A stretch of DNA of 64,000 bases, taken from assembly GCF_006345805.1 (NCBI RefSeq), contig NC_042999.1, positions 8,618,001 to 8,682,000 on the forward strand. The letters are read 5' to 3'. Below are positions 35,780 to 48,462 of this stretch, in pieces; the stretch's first letter is position 1; each line of letters starts with the position of its first letter. The stretch is from Octopus sinensis (lineage: Eukaryota). Under the pieces are notes generated by a model. It was not told where the DNA came from and did not search any database. It saw nothing but the letters and a program-made list of their open reading frames with translations. Position numbers and translations under genes: made by a program.

Positions 35780-35975
35780 ACTTCAAATATCCTTTTCTAC
35801 TCGAGGTACAAGGCCCGAAATTTTTGGGGAAGGCATCAGTCGATTAGATCGACTCCAGTACACAACTGGTACTTAATTTATCGACCCCGAAAAGTTGATA
35901 GGCAAAATCGACCTCAGCGGAATTTGAACTCAGAACGTAGCGGCAGACATAATAACCATTTCTTTACTACCCACA
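35780..35975 (-). mobile_element. C2-tailed family-C body preceded by a C1 tail fragment
   Basis: The sense strand reads TTGTGGGTAGTAAAGAAAT|GGTTATTATGTCTGCCG...GGGCCTTGTACCTCGAGTAGAAAAGGAT. Confidence 0.75.
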
Positions 35976-36389
35976 AGACAAAAGATACCAACCGAATAAG
36001 TACCAGGCTTTTGAAAAGTACTGGGGTTAATTCATTCGACCAAGAATTCTTCAAGGTACGCGCCCCAGAATGGCCGCAGTCAAATGACGAAGACAAGTAA
36101 ATGATAAAAGAAGTGTAAAACTGTTATTTAGGCTCAGGTCAGATATGGAAATGTTGGCCCTTTTTCAACTGATAATAGGCCCAGACCTGTTAGGAAATGT
36201 TATGTCTTCACTTGAAACTGCTCATAAAAGTTTTTGGTAATTTCTACTAGACAGATATCATTTATATAAGTTTACGGGTACATAAAGTGCACGCAGCGAC
36301 ATAGCAAGGGTTGTCTGTCTCTGGGGCAAGGCAAGATTTGCGGGTAGAGTGTACTCTTTTGTTTATTTATTATTATTCTTTTATTCTTT

Positions 36390-36767
36390 TTTTTTGTTTC
36401 AGTCATCCTGACTGCGGCCATGCCGGAGCACCGCCTTTAGTCGAACAAACCGACCCCCGCCCCATGACTTATTCTTTGTAAGCCTAGTACTAAGTTACGG
36501 GGACGTAAACACACCAACATCGGTTGTCATGCGATGATAGAGTGGGGACAAATACAGATACACAAACATACACACACACACACACGCACACATACATATA
36601 TACATGACAGGCTTCTTTCAGTTTCCGTTTACCAAGTCCACTCACAAGGCTTTGATTGGCCCGAGGCTATAGTAGAAGACACTTGCCCAAGGTGCCACGC
36701 AGTGGGACTGAACCCGGAACCATGCGGTTGGTAAGCAAGCTACTTACCACACAGCCATTTTGCGCCC
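36390..36767 (-). mobile_element. SINE family A
   Basis: Matches the A consensus with an internal deletion. Confidence 0.85.
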
Positions 36768-37019
36768 CTTACAATTATGTACCCATGGTGACAGCCCTTG
36801 TGGCCTCACCCATCTTACGTCAATAAGTGTGTATGACATAACTGCAAATAACCGGACAGAATTTAAGAACTAGAACGGTTTCCAAAAGACGAAGATTCTT
36901 TATCAAGGAATTCTGTTTTTGACTTAAACAAGGGAGGTGAGGAGGGGTCCCTCCAAGTAACAGGCGAACGACAACGGGTCCTTTTATATTCTGGCCTGTT
37001 ATATTTATCTTACCTTGAA

Positions 37020-37195
37020 AGAAAGAAAGAAGAAAGAAAGAAAGAAAGAGAAGAGGGAGGAGGAGAAGAAGAAGAAGAAAAAGAAGAAGAAAAAGAAGAA
37101 GAGGAGGAGAAGAAGAAGAAGAAGAAGAGGAGGAGGAGGAGGAGGAGGAGGAGAAGAAGAAGAAGAAGAAGAAGAAGAAGAAGAAGAAGAAAAAT
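37020..37195. repeat. Polypurine (GAA)/(GGA)/(GAAA) tract
   Basis: Visible directly. Confidence 0.95.
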
Positions 37196-37800
37196 AGCAG
37201 CAATAAATCGGATAAGGCGGGAGCCAAAGGGTGAACAGCTAACGAAAGTTTTTAATCTGTTTTTTTTCCCCTTTCACAACCAAATTCCCGTTCCGACAAC
37301 TCTGCCTTTTCGCCCATTTAAGTGACACACTGGTTTTGATCCCATCGACTGTACCCTAAACCCTACAATTAGCCCTGCCTGTACCGACTGAAAGACAAAG
37401 ATGCAACAAAAAACAAAGAAACAAACAAACAAATGGAGGTCAACGCATTTAGTTTCGTTAAGCGATAATTAGTCTTGAAGTTCAGAGAACCACTGGGTTA
37501 CATTTGCAGCGCCACAATGACTTCTGTTACACCAACGAGATTTGAAGTTTGGAAAGAAAAAAAAATTACAAAAAAGTTACAAAAAGTTACAAAAATGAAA
37601 AGCTCTGAATCAGCTCATGTTTTGGGGGTGAGGTGGGGATGATTAGAATTCGTCTCGGGTCGAATTTGTTGCTAATTACCCCCCACCAGGTCGATAAGAA
37701 TTTGTATCAGCGTTCACTTGAGCACAACCCCAAAATTTGATGAAACGAGAATCAGAAAATCAATTGACTACAACCGAAACCCCTTCGATCACAATTCTGC

Positions 37801-37855
<55 letters not shown>

Positions 37856-38376
37856 GTTTCGTCTCTTATAGTTCGGAGATGAAATTGCCACACTCAGATC
37901 GATCTCACTTTGCTTCTCATCCCTTCAGGGTCTTCACCTTCTTCGACGATTAGCGCAGTGAATTCTAAGAACATGAATCAATTCTAGTGCTTCATTCGTA
38001 CTCTGAAGTTTTATCGACCCCAGAAGGATGGAAATCAAAGTTGATCTCGGTTGAATTCGAACTCAGAACGTGTTTGTTCAAATAAGTACAAGAAATACAA
38101 TAACATGGAATAAACATAGTCTTAGACACACCCCTCCCCCCACACACACATACACACATATCCGTTAATCTAGATAAAGAAATTATCAGCTTACCTTAAG
38201 AACAGACATGATTTCAGTTTGTAAAAGCACTGATCGATAAGAAAGGAACAAAATCGGACGAAGAACTGCAAACTTGAAAGCCGGAATCGATACAATTTTG
38301 TGTAAACACAAACACCTCACTGCTTCGTCAGAGTGTTGTTGTTGTCGTTGTTGTTCTCTTATTAATATTATTATTA

Positions 38377-38428
<52 letters not shown>

Positions 38429-38751
38429 GAGTCTGTCTTTTGTCCTTGTCTTTGTCTTTCCCACTTTAATCTTGTGGTACGTTTCTTCTCTTCAAGACAT
38501 CATTGTTTACAACCGCTGCGAGGCGACGAGAGCACCTGTCCGACGGACATGCGCAATGCAAACAAACATCATAGCAACAGCGTCATTCAAGAAATGCCGA
38601 CGACAGATTTTTTTTCGCTGTGTGTTCGAGAGGTTTAAACACTCGGATTAAATGCAGTTCGCTCTCTAACTGTGATTTATATCACACAATCTCACACACT
38701 GTTCTATTATCTTATTTATCGATATGTGAAATCTATTTGTTAATCAACCTT

Positions 38752-38769
38752 TTCTCTCTCTCTCTCTCC

Positions 38770-38856
<87 letters not shown>

Positions 38857-39535
38857 CAATTTCCTTCTCTCTCTCTCCGTCTCTGTCTTCCTCTCTCATG
38901 GTTACTTCAGATCAAACGGACGTCGTGCGAGCATGAATGAATGTGTGAGTGTGTGTACACCTATGTACAAATATGTATAATTAATATATAAGAGTCTATC
39001 ATATTCTTGACTGCTTTTAATTGTTATTAGTTTTGCCAAACTACTTTACCTCACTCAGGTAACACAAAGCCTTATCAATATTTATGCATATACATCGTCC
39101 AACAATGTCTATGTGTGTATGTATGTATGTGTGTGTATGTATACAGGTATGTATGTTCGTGTGTACTCACACACACACACACACACACATACACACATAT
39201 CTGTATATGTAACTACATGTACAAATTAACACACATGTATGTGTATGTATGTATGTATGTATGTATGTATATAACTATATGATGTAATACATGTATATAT
39301 ATATATATATGAATAATGAACTATGTATGTGTGTGTATGTATGTCTGTATGCATGTATGTATATAAATATATGACGTATTACATGTATATATACATATAT
39401 ATATATATATGATCTATGTATGTATGTATATAAATATGTGATATAATACATGTATATATATATATATATATATACAAATAATGAACTATGTATGTGTGTG
39501 TATGTATGTATATAAATATATGATGTATTACATGT

Positions 39536-39575
<40 letters not shown>

Positions 39576-39590
39576 GAACTATGTATGTAT
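38752..39590. repeat. (CT)n tract followed by a TA/TATG compound repeat with 2-3 duplicated blocks
   Basis: The block (A)TGAACTATGTATGT recurs near 39316, 39481 and 39573. Confidence 0.85.
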
Positions 39591-39790
39591 GTACACACCG
39601 AAGAATGTATTCTCATATGTATTGTGTTGTCTTTTATTGTATTCTATGGCTAATGCATTCTTTTAGGTAATGCATGGCTGATGCTAAGTAGCCTTAACCG
39701 CACGCGCGCACAGACACACACACACACCACACACACACACACACACAACACACACACACACAATCACTCATTCACTGACTATCACATATT

Positions 39791-40173
39791 GCACTCCGTC
39801 GGTTACGACGACGAGGGTTCCAGTTGATCCGATCAACGGAACAGCTTGCCCGTGAAATTAACGTGCAAGTGGCTGAGTGCTCCTCAGACACGTGTATCCT
39901 TAACGTAGTTCTTGGGCGAGATTCATCGAGACACAGAGTGTGACAAGGCTGGCCCCTTTGAAATACAGGTACAAGTGAAACAGGAAGAAAGAAAGAAGGA
40001 AAGAAAGTTGTGGTGAAAAAGTACAGCAGGGTTTGCCACCAACCCCTGCCGAGGCCTCGCGGAACTTTAGATGTTTTCACTCAATAAACACTCACAACGC
40101 CCGGTCTGGGATTCGAAACCACGATCCTATGACCGCGAGTCCGCTGCCCTAACCACTGGGCCATTGTGCCTCC
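39791..40173 (-). mobile_element. SINE family B, tail type 1
   Basis: GCACTCCGTCGGTTACGACGACGAGGGTTCC...CCACTGGGCCATTGTGCCTCCA. Confidence 0.9.
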
Positions 40174-40213
40174 ACACTATCAAATATATTAATTATATAA
40201 CTCTCAAAATAAC

Positions 40214-40348
40214 GGAAATGTACTCGCATAGCAAGTAATTTGATCTGAGATCGTGTGCTGGACAAATTAAACTTAAATGTTGAAGTGAATCGAACGGCTT
40301 TTGTGTGTTTCTTAAATGGCTTATAAACACCTTCCACGCTGCAATTGG
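40214..40348. mobile_element. Family-G fragment with an internal inversion
   Basis: Sense piece ..GATCGTGTGCTGGA joined to the inverted piece CAAATT...GCTGCAATTG; 12-bp TSD TCTCAAAATAAC at 40202-40213 and 40349-40360. Confidence 0.8.
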
Positions 40349-41489
40349 TCTCAAAATAACATAAATGGCAAAACAAACTAGTGAAATTCGAGTTTACAGG
40401 ATCGACCCAGCAAGAGTTATAAATTTTGTCTTTCTCATCATTTTTCTTCTTTGTCCTTCTCCTGCATTACGTCTAGCTTTCCACCCATCAATTATTCCCA
40501 GTTATCTTACCCCTGTCTCTCTCCATCATTTCTCTTCACTCCTCATAGTTTCAAGAACCAATCCTAAAGTGAAAATGCAATCGTGGCGACAGTTCTAGCA
40601 CCTTCAAACTATACTAAAAGAGTGGAACAGCTAGTTGTGTGTTCGCTTGCGGTTGACAATATTCGCTTTTGCAGTGTGCTGTTGCGTTCATCACTTGTCA
40701 GTATATTCCTGGGCTCTCTAGGGCGATCCGTCAAGCAGAATTTCACTTAGTTCTCATCTTCGTGAGATACCTCATCATCTGCTATCACCATGCAGCATGT
40801 GGTCAACCAACACGAGCCGCCAATCCAGCCGGGTCGGCAGTGAAGAGAACACAGAAAGCAGAGTCCAACTCGGAAAATCGAGCAACATGGTTAAACAGTC
40901 TGAGTTAGCGCTCCCAAATCCTACAAGTAGTAAGACGTAACCCAGTTTCTGAGCAAAGTCATTCGGTTTAAAAGTTTAAAATTTCTTACGGTATGCTGAT
41001 CTGTAACTGACAAGTTTTGTAATAATTAAAACGTTAAAGTTTATTCTCGTGACGATGTTTTCTTTTTATATTAATTTAGATGTCTTAATTATAATATACT
41101 TTGTTTTATCTGATATTTAGAATTCTTTCTCATTAGTGCGGAACATGTTCTGTAAATGTTTCCATTTACAGAACATTTTTCATCAATGTTTTTGCTGCTG
41201 GGGGCTAGAATGCGTCGTGACATTTTAAAACTAGTATATTTCTCGAGGCGTCGTACATAACCCGACAGAGCCGTGAATATAAAATAAAGGGTTGTTTATG
41301 ATTGCATAACGGATTATACGTGGTTATTTATACGAGCCATTTTATTGCATTGGGGTGAAAGGGGAGGAGGGTAGCTTTCTGATTGACGATGTTTACAGTT
41401 GTAACTTCCTTGGTTTCCTTGATCTTTTGTTTCATTAGGATTCCGGACTTGAAATTCAGACCGGGAAGATCAAAGAAAACACGAGAAAA

Positions 41490-42819
41490 GGAGAAAGGTT
41501 GCCAGCAGATTATTTGTCATTTGAATCGCGAAATGAATTTATTTCCTTTTGACCTGATGTCGTTTTGAATCACATATTCTCTGAAAGATCAAAGGTAAAA
41601 ATACAATATTAAATAATAATCGATGCAATACCTGATGCTACTCATGTCAAACTGGCAACATCGATCATACGATTCCTTCAAAGTATGAATTGTCTTTAAG
41701 TTACAAGAAAGATTTGTATCTTTTGAAGAATGTTATGAGAAAAATGTTCTGACATTACAAACCTAATAAAGGAAACTTTGAATAAAAATAGCATTCTTTT
41801 GGCAAATTGTGAAGGTCAAGGAAATGACGGCGCTGCTAATATGGCCACTAAGTACGAGAAAGAATTACTCGATATTTTCGCTATTTTCTTGTTATCTGGT
41901 TGCTGTAGATTGAATTTGTGCGGCACCGATTCATTAGATTGCAGTAATAAATGGCAAACTTATTTCAAAACTATTGAGAGTCTATATATCTTTCATCCAA
42001 AAAGATGGTAAATTCTTCTGACAATTGCAGGCTGTCAGTTATTGCGTCATATGCTCAGTAACCGGTGGTCAACCGGGACCGATTCCATGAAATCTTTTCC
42101 ATCAATTTTTATTGACAGAAAATGAACTCCGAAAATTTTTGAAACTTATTCTGTCGCCAACGATTAAAAATGCCGCAAAAGGATGAGTTGAATACGTGTC
42201 CTGTTGTAGAAATACATTCATGTCATGCATTTAGTTCGATATTGTAACATCATGGCGTTGTGTTAGAGGTTGCAGTTGGCACCACTGCTGATAAGGAAGC
42301 GGGTAGGATTGAACTAGTCACCAAAAACTTGTAGAAACTGTGAGATGAATTCGAGATTCCACTGGCAGAATTAAAACATCGGAACCTCAAGTAAATGAAA
42401 GAAACGCAACACACACACATGTATGTGTGCGTATGTGTGTATATATGCATATATGTATGTGTATATATACATATATCTATGTTTTTATATATTCATATAT
42501 GTATGTGTATATATATATATTTTTTTTCTCCGACCAGACCATCAAATGTTGTTACACGTCGCTGGTCACAATGCGCTTCGCATTGTTTTTTAGCCTTCAA
42601 GTGACGCCACCCCGCTGGCTAAGCGAGCAGGCCAACAGAAGAAAGAGTGGGAGAAAGAGTGGTGAAAGAGTACAGCAGGGATCAGCCCCCCCCCCCTGCC
42701 GGAGCCTCGTGAAGCTTTTAGGTGTTTTCGCTCAATAAACACACACAATCGAAACCGCGATCCTGCGACCGCGAGTCCGCTGCTCTAACCACTAGGCCAT
42801 TGCGCCTCCACGTGTGTGC

Positions 42820-42850
<31 letters not shown>

Positions 42851-42934
42851 ATATATAATAATATATATATATATTATATATTATATATATATATATATAT
42901 ATATTAATATATATATATATATATACATATATAT

Positions 42935-42982
<48 letters not shown>

Positions 42983-43650
42983 TTTAGTACGTGCCCGTAT
43001 ATGAGAGAGTGTGTGTGTGTCTGTGTGTACGTACGTAAGTGTGTGTGTGTGTGTCTGTGTGTACGTACGTAAGTGTGTGTGTGTGTGTGTGAGTATCTTT
43101 AAGAACCAGCCAATTGATGAAAGCCATGCAAAAGATTCTGGCACATAGCAGACTCATTATTTCGTGAATTTATGTTTTTTTTTTTTTTATGTCATTGTTT
43201 GATTCTGTCATTGATGGTTTAACAAGAATATTTGAAGCAGAAAAGAACATTTCTCATTCCTGTTGCTCGTTCCTCTGGCGATTCCTGTCTATATCGGAAA
43301 ATCTTTTGACCGCGAAGTGAGTGTCATTCGCAGAAATTTACAATGCTGATGTAAATGGCAAAGAACTTTCCAATGAATTAATCATTGAATAAACAGGGAC
43401 ACACCGTAGCGGCTTTGAGGAGTCACAACTTAAAGTCATCGATTTATTGGACAAAATATGCAGCTAAAAGACAGAAAAACCATTCCAAATATGTGTGCAC
43501 CTCTCTGAATCATTTCACGATGTCTGCCTGCACAGTGAGCGTCGAGAGATGAAATGTCCATTCAAAAAGCTTAAATTGATGAAGAATTATTGGAGAATAT
43601 GTCGCAGGGTCGTCTGGTGATTTTCGTTCAACACGGTATCGAGCTATAAC
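41490..43650 (+). pseudogene. Decayed hAT (Tip100/ZMYM1-like) transposase
   Basis: IIIDAIPDATHVKLATSIIRF near 41613; CEGQGNDGAANM resembling CRGQ.YDGA..M in ORF 41778-42011; C-terminal dimerisation motif SVER..FKKLKLMKNYWR/MSQGRL at about 43540-43620. Confidence 0.8.
42530..42810 (-). mobile_element. SINE family B, tail type 2
   Basis: Reverse-complement match to 6083-6395. Confidence 0.88.
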
Positions 43651-43782
43651 TGAGATGAAATATCGATTTCAGCCTAAGAAGTTCAAGAACCAGCGATCGG
43701 TACAGCAGCAGCTCATGGTAACTGTGTTTCGGTGGGGGACAAGACACCATTTCTCCTTGATTGTCGGGAACCTGGTTATACC

Positions 43783-44197
43783 TATTTCTTTATTACCCAC
43801 AAGGGGCTAAACATAGAGGGGACAAAGAAGGACAGACATAGGTATTAAGTCGATTACATCGACCCCAGTGCGTTACTGGTACTTAATTTATCGACCCCGA
43901 AAGGATGAAAGGCAAAGTCAATCTCGGCGGAATTTGAACTCAGAACGTAACAGCTGACCAAATACCTATTTCTTTACTACCCACAAGGAGTTAAACACAG
44001 AGGGGACAAACAAGGGCAGACATAAGTATTAAGTCGATTACATCGACCCCAGTGCGTTACTGGTACTTAATTTATCGACCCAGAAAGGATGAAAGGCAAA
44101 GTCGACTTCGGCAGAATTTGAACTCAGAACGTAGCGGCAGACGAAATACGGCTACGCATTTCGCCCGGCGTGCTAACGTTTCTGCCAGCTCGCCGCC
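43783..44197 (-). mobile_element. Family-C SINE, head plus two C1 units
   Basis: 7-bp TSD TTATACC at 43776-43782 and 44198-44204; removing it restores the mariner reading frame. Confidence 0.92.
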
Positions 44198-44572
44198 TTA
44201 TACCGTTAACAGCAAGCGATGCGTTGAGGCATCCAGAGAAGCTGTTAGGAATAACGAACACAACTGGAATGCGAAAAAGATCCACATTCACCATTACAAT
44301 GTGTAACATCTCACATCTTTGGCAACAAATCAAGCGATCATGAAATTGAGCTGGTCAGTGTCGCTACTGACCCCTCTCCCCATACGGCCCAAATTTGACG
44401 TCCTTTTAGATTCTACCTGTTTGGGTCTAATGAAGGACATTCTTCGTGAATAGAGACTTGATGATACGGATGAGGTAAAAACGACGGGAAGAAGCGGGCA
44501 CGACGGTGTACACCGGAAGGTTTCCGAAGACGAAAATTGAGTTCAATTATGGCGTAAATACACCACATGTGA

Positions 44573-44955
44573 GTGGAGGCGCAATGGCCCAGTGGTTAGG
44601 GCAGCGGACTCGTGGTCATAGGATCGCAGTTTCGATTCCCAGACCGGGCGTTGTGAGTGTTTATTGAGCGAAAACACCTAAAGCTCCACGAGGCTCCGGC
44701 AGTGGGGTGGTGGTGATCCCTGCTGTACTCTTCCACCACAACTTTCTCTCACTCTTACTTCCTGTTTCTGTTGTACCTGTATTTCAAAGGGCCGGCCTTA
44801 TCACTCTCTGTGTCACGCTGAATATCCCCGAGAACTACGTTAAGGGTTCACGTGTCTGTGGAGTGCTTAGCCACTTACACGTTAATTTCACGAGCAGGCT
44901 GTTCCGTTGATTCGGATTAACCTTCGTCGTCGTAACCGACGGAGTGCTTCCACCG
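44573..44955 (+). mobile_element. SINE family B, tail type 1
   Basis: 12-bp TSD CACCACATGTGA at 44561-44572 and 44956-44967. Confidence 0.93.
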
Positions 44956-45027
44956 CACCACATGTGATGGCGGTTACGTTCAGTTGCATCTTTGTATGAA
45001 GGAAGAGGAGTTACTATGTTAACATGT

Positions 45028-45292
45028 GAAGGCGCGTGGCTTAGTGGGTAGAGTATTTGGCTCGCGACCGAAAGGTCAAGCGTTCGATTCCTGGCGGCGC
45101 GTTGTGTCCTTGAGCAAGGCACTTTATTTCTCGATGCTCCAGTCCGCCCAGCTGGCAAAAATGAGTTGTACCCGTAATTCAAAAAGGGGCCAGCCTTGTC
45201 ACACTCTGTGGAGTACTCAGCCACTTGCACGTTAATATCATGTGCAAGCTGCTCCGTTGATCAACTGGAACCCTCGCCGTCGCAACCGACGA
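45028..45292 (+). mobile_element. CORE-SINE (family E) with a B1-type tail
   Basis: A box TGGCTTAGTGG, B box GTTCGATTCCT, CORE GTTGTGTCCTTGAGCAAGGCACTT..TGCTCCAGTCC, then the B1 tail with a deletion. Confidence 0.8.
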
Positions 45293-45407
45293 TGTCCAAT
45301 TATTAAATATGGCAATATGTGGCTTATTAAAAATGTTTTGGTCGTATTGCATTTCTTTCGGTATAACTTCTGTGTGTGTGTGTGTGTGTGTGTGTACATA
45401 CATATGT

Positions 45408-45509
<102 letters not shown>

Positions 45510-47159
45510 TCAGATATGCTTGTACTTGAATGCATGCGTATGTGTTTTATATTGAAAACACGACTATGTTCAAGTTTTATCTTTTTTACATTAAGGAGTT
45601 CTCCCTTTTCCCTTTCCTGTCTGTATATTCAGCCTGGAAAAAAGTAAAACTCCTTGGATAAAATTTCTGAAGTTTCTTGATTTTCTTTACTGGATGTTGT
45701 TGTTGCTGTTATTTAGACCCAGGTAACACTAGACGGAGTTGATCTATGATCCAAAGGAAAGACATTCCAAATGAGACCATCACATCTTTTTTATACATAG
45801 TGTATGACGGGCTGCCTTATTCACCTAGATCTTCGTCTTTTAAATATAGTAATATGTGATTTGAGTGAGAAGGTGTTGTTACTTCTGGCAGTTCTTGTGA
45901 CCACATAGAGGTTTCCTCATTGACTCATATTCTGATTGAAGCTGTTAGTGGTAACTGGTGCCCGACAGCCTTAACTATGAAGATTTATTTAACAGCTAGC
46001 TTAAAAGCCGCCCTAGGCTTTTAAGATAGCTCATGTGGAGGGCTCTTCATTAGGCCTTCGGCCCAACAGCGACACTTCATACATTGAGTACATATTAAAT
46101 TATTAAAACAAATTAAAACAAATAGAGAACTTTGCGATGAGATAGACACATGGGACAATACAATAAAAGTAAATACGAGAGAATGTTCCGGATTACCATT
46201 GCGATACCATTGTGTGGTGGCAAACTTGGAATAATTGTCAAGAATAAAAGACTACGATAAGGACTTTGAATACTGGGTCAGGGAAATCGGCACCAGTGGA
46301 TAGATTATCGTGAAAGTCGCGATGATTATAATATAGACATTCTTCAGAAAGATGAAAATTAACTGTGTTTTAAAGTCGTCCTTACAGGTAAAATGAAGTC
46401 ACTCGGGGGTGGGGGCCGAACGGCTTCATTTCAGTTTTCATTTTCATCCATTATTTTATTAATCCCTTACATTCGTTTTGTCCCTTCCTTCTATTGTCCC
46501 CTCTATGTTGACCCCTTGTGGGTAATAAAGAATTCTTTGTCTTTGTCTTTGTGTCGGTGGTGTGTGTAGAGAGTTGGTGTCTGTAGGGGGAGGACGGGGT
46601 AGAGTGGGTGTGGGTGGGAGTCGGATGGGTGTGGAATGGGGGTCAATATTCACCGGGTGTGCATTTCTCTTCTTTCTTCTTTTGCCCCCACTTCGTATTG
46701 TCCCCTCTATTCTTTACATTTATGGATTACACACTGAAGAGAAAAGGAACCATGGGACTTCTATCTACACACGGCCATTACGGATTATTACAAAGCATTT
46801 TACCATGGATTTATATTATTTTCTCAAAATATTTAGCCCAAGTTTGTACCAACAGACATCTATACCAGTAACCTTTTTAAACAACATCTTTATCGTACGA
46901 TTTTAAATAGAATTCCTTTCATTCGATTGACTACACGGAAGTTCATCCTTTTCTCTTACGTGCGGAAGTATTACCTAATAATGGTTATCGATTTTTGATT
47001 TCATTTCGAAGGGTAATACATTCATGAAACGATCGTAAGATATCTCAAGCCTTTTTTTAAATAATCATACTTTATATATTTATTTATCAATACAATATTG
47101 TTTATATTATGGACGTATCTCTTCTGTGATTCTTTGATGTAATTTTTCCTGCATTTACT

Positions 47160-47196
<37 letters not shown>

Positions 47197-47205
47197 CATA
47201 CACAC

Positions 47206-47237
<32 letters not shown>

Positions 47238-48023
47238 ATGTATTTGTAGAGAGAAGTAGACAGACGGATAAACACAGAGATAGATAGTTAGATACATACA
47301 TATATACACACTTTGTGTATGGTTGAATGATGGCTGCGTGTGCATGAATATTTGTATGTGTGTTTGTATGTATGTTTGTAAATATGAATGTATGTATGTA
47401 CTCTGTATGTATTTACGTATATGTATGTAACCATTATATTATCCACAGAAGCCAGAGCATGTCCTTAGATGCGATTTACATTAACATAACAGTTTTGTTA
47501 TCATATATAAGATACATATGAATTCCTATAAGGTCCGTATAAATTATAGAAATTTTAAATTTAACAAAGATGGCGCCCATCTCCTCTTATCGCTTGTTTG
47601 TGTTTTCTTCTTCGTTCTCACATTCATGTAGATTATGTAGAAGATTTATAATATAATTGGATACGAATCGATGGGAATATACGTTCTTCAATGAGATCAT
47701 TCCAAAAATGAGATTTTGAGTTGAAGAGGATATTAGAATAAACTTTGATGGTATCAACATGCAGTTCCTATCGGCTGAAACAATATTTATATATTTGATG
47801 TAATTTTTCTTGAAAAGATCTATATAGACAGGGAGTAGAAGCAGAGCGATAAACAAACCAGATCATGGCAAACGCACACAGATAGCTATCTTTGCTTTAA
47901 CGAAGGAAATCGGAATTAAATCGGAAGCTGTATAGGAGCTGAACTGCTCTAAAAATACTTGGTCGATGCGGAAAAGCTTAAGGTTTCCGTTCTCATGCAA
48001 CGCTACAAACGGAGAGAAAGGTT

Positions 48024-48244
48024 ATACTCTTTTACTCTTTTACTCTTTTACTTATTTCAGTCATTTGACTGCGGCCATGCTGGAGCACCGCCTTTAATCG
48101 AGCAACTCGACCCCGGGACTTATTCTTTTTGTAAGCCCAGTACTTATTCTATCGGTCTCTTTTTGCCGAACCGCTAAGTGACGGGGACGTAAACACACCA
48201 ACATCGGTTGTCAAGCAATGCTAAGGGGGACAAACATAGACACA

Positions 48245-48294
<50 letters not shown>

Positions 48295-48462
48295 CATATA
48301 TACGACAGGCTTCTTTCAGTTTCCGTCTACCAAATCCACTCACAAGGCATCGGTCGGCCCGAGACTATAGCAGAAGACACTAGCCCAAGATGCCACGCAG
48401 TGGGACTGAACCCGGAACCATGTGGTTGGTTAGCAAGCTACTTACCACACAGCCACTCCTGC
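48024..48462 (-). mobile_element. SINE family A, near full-length
   Basis: Matches the A consensus. Confidence 0.9.

Larger units (their letters stand above)
43660..44990 (+). pseudogene. Decayed mariner transposase catalytic domain, split by two SINEs
   Basis: PKKFKNQRSV..LMVTVF; FLLDCREPGY|TVNSKR joined across the C SINE; HHYNV*HLTSL..KLSWSV; YGPNL resembling YSPDL; DFYLFG; WRKYTTCDGGYVQ joined across the B1 SINE. Confidence 0.85.

Noticed and set aside
46586-46642. G-quadruplex motifs (also 1272-1295)
   Set aside because: They fit the G3+ pattern, but nothing links them to function in repeat-rich DNA.
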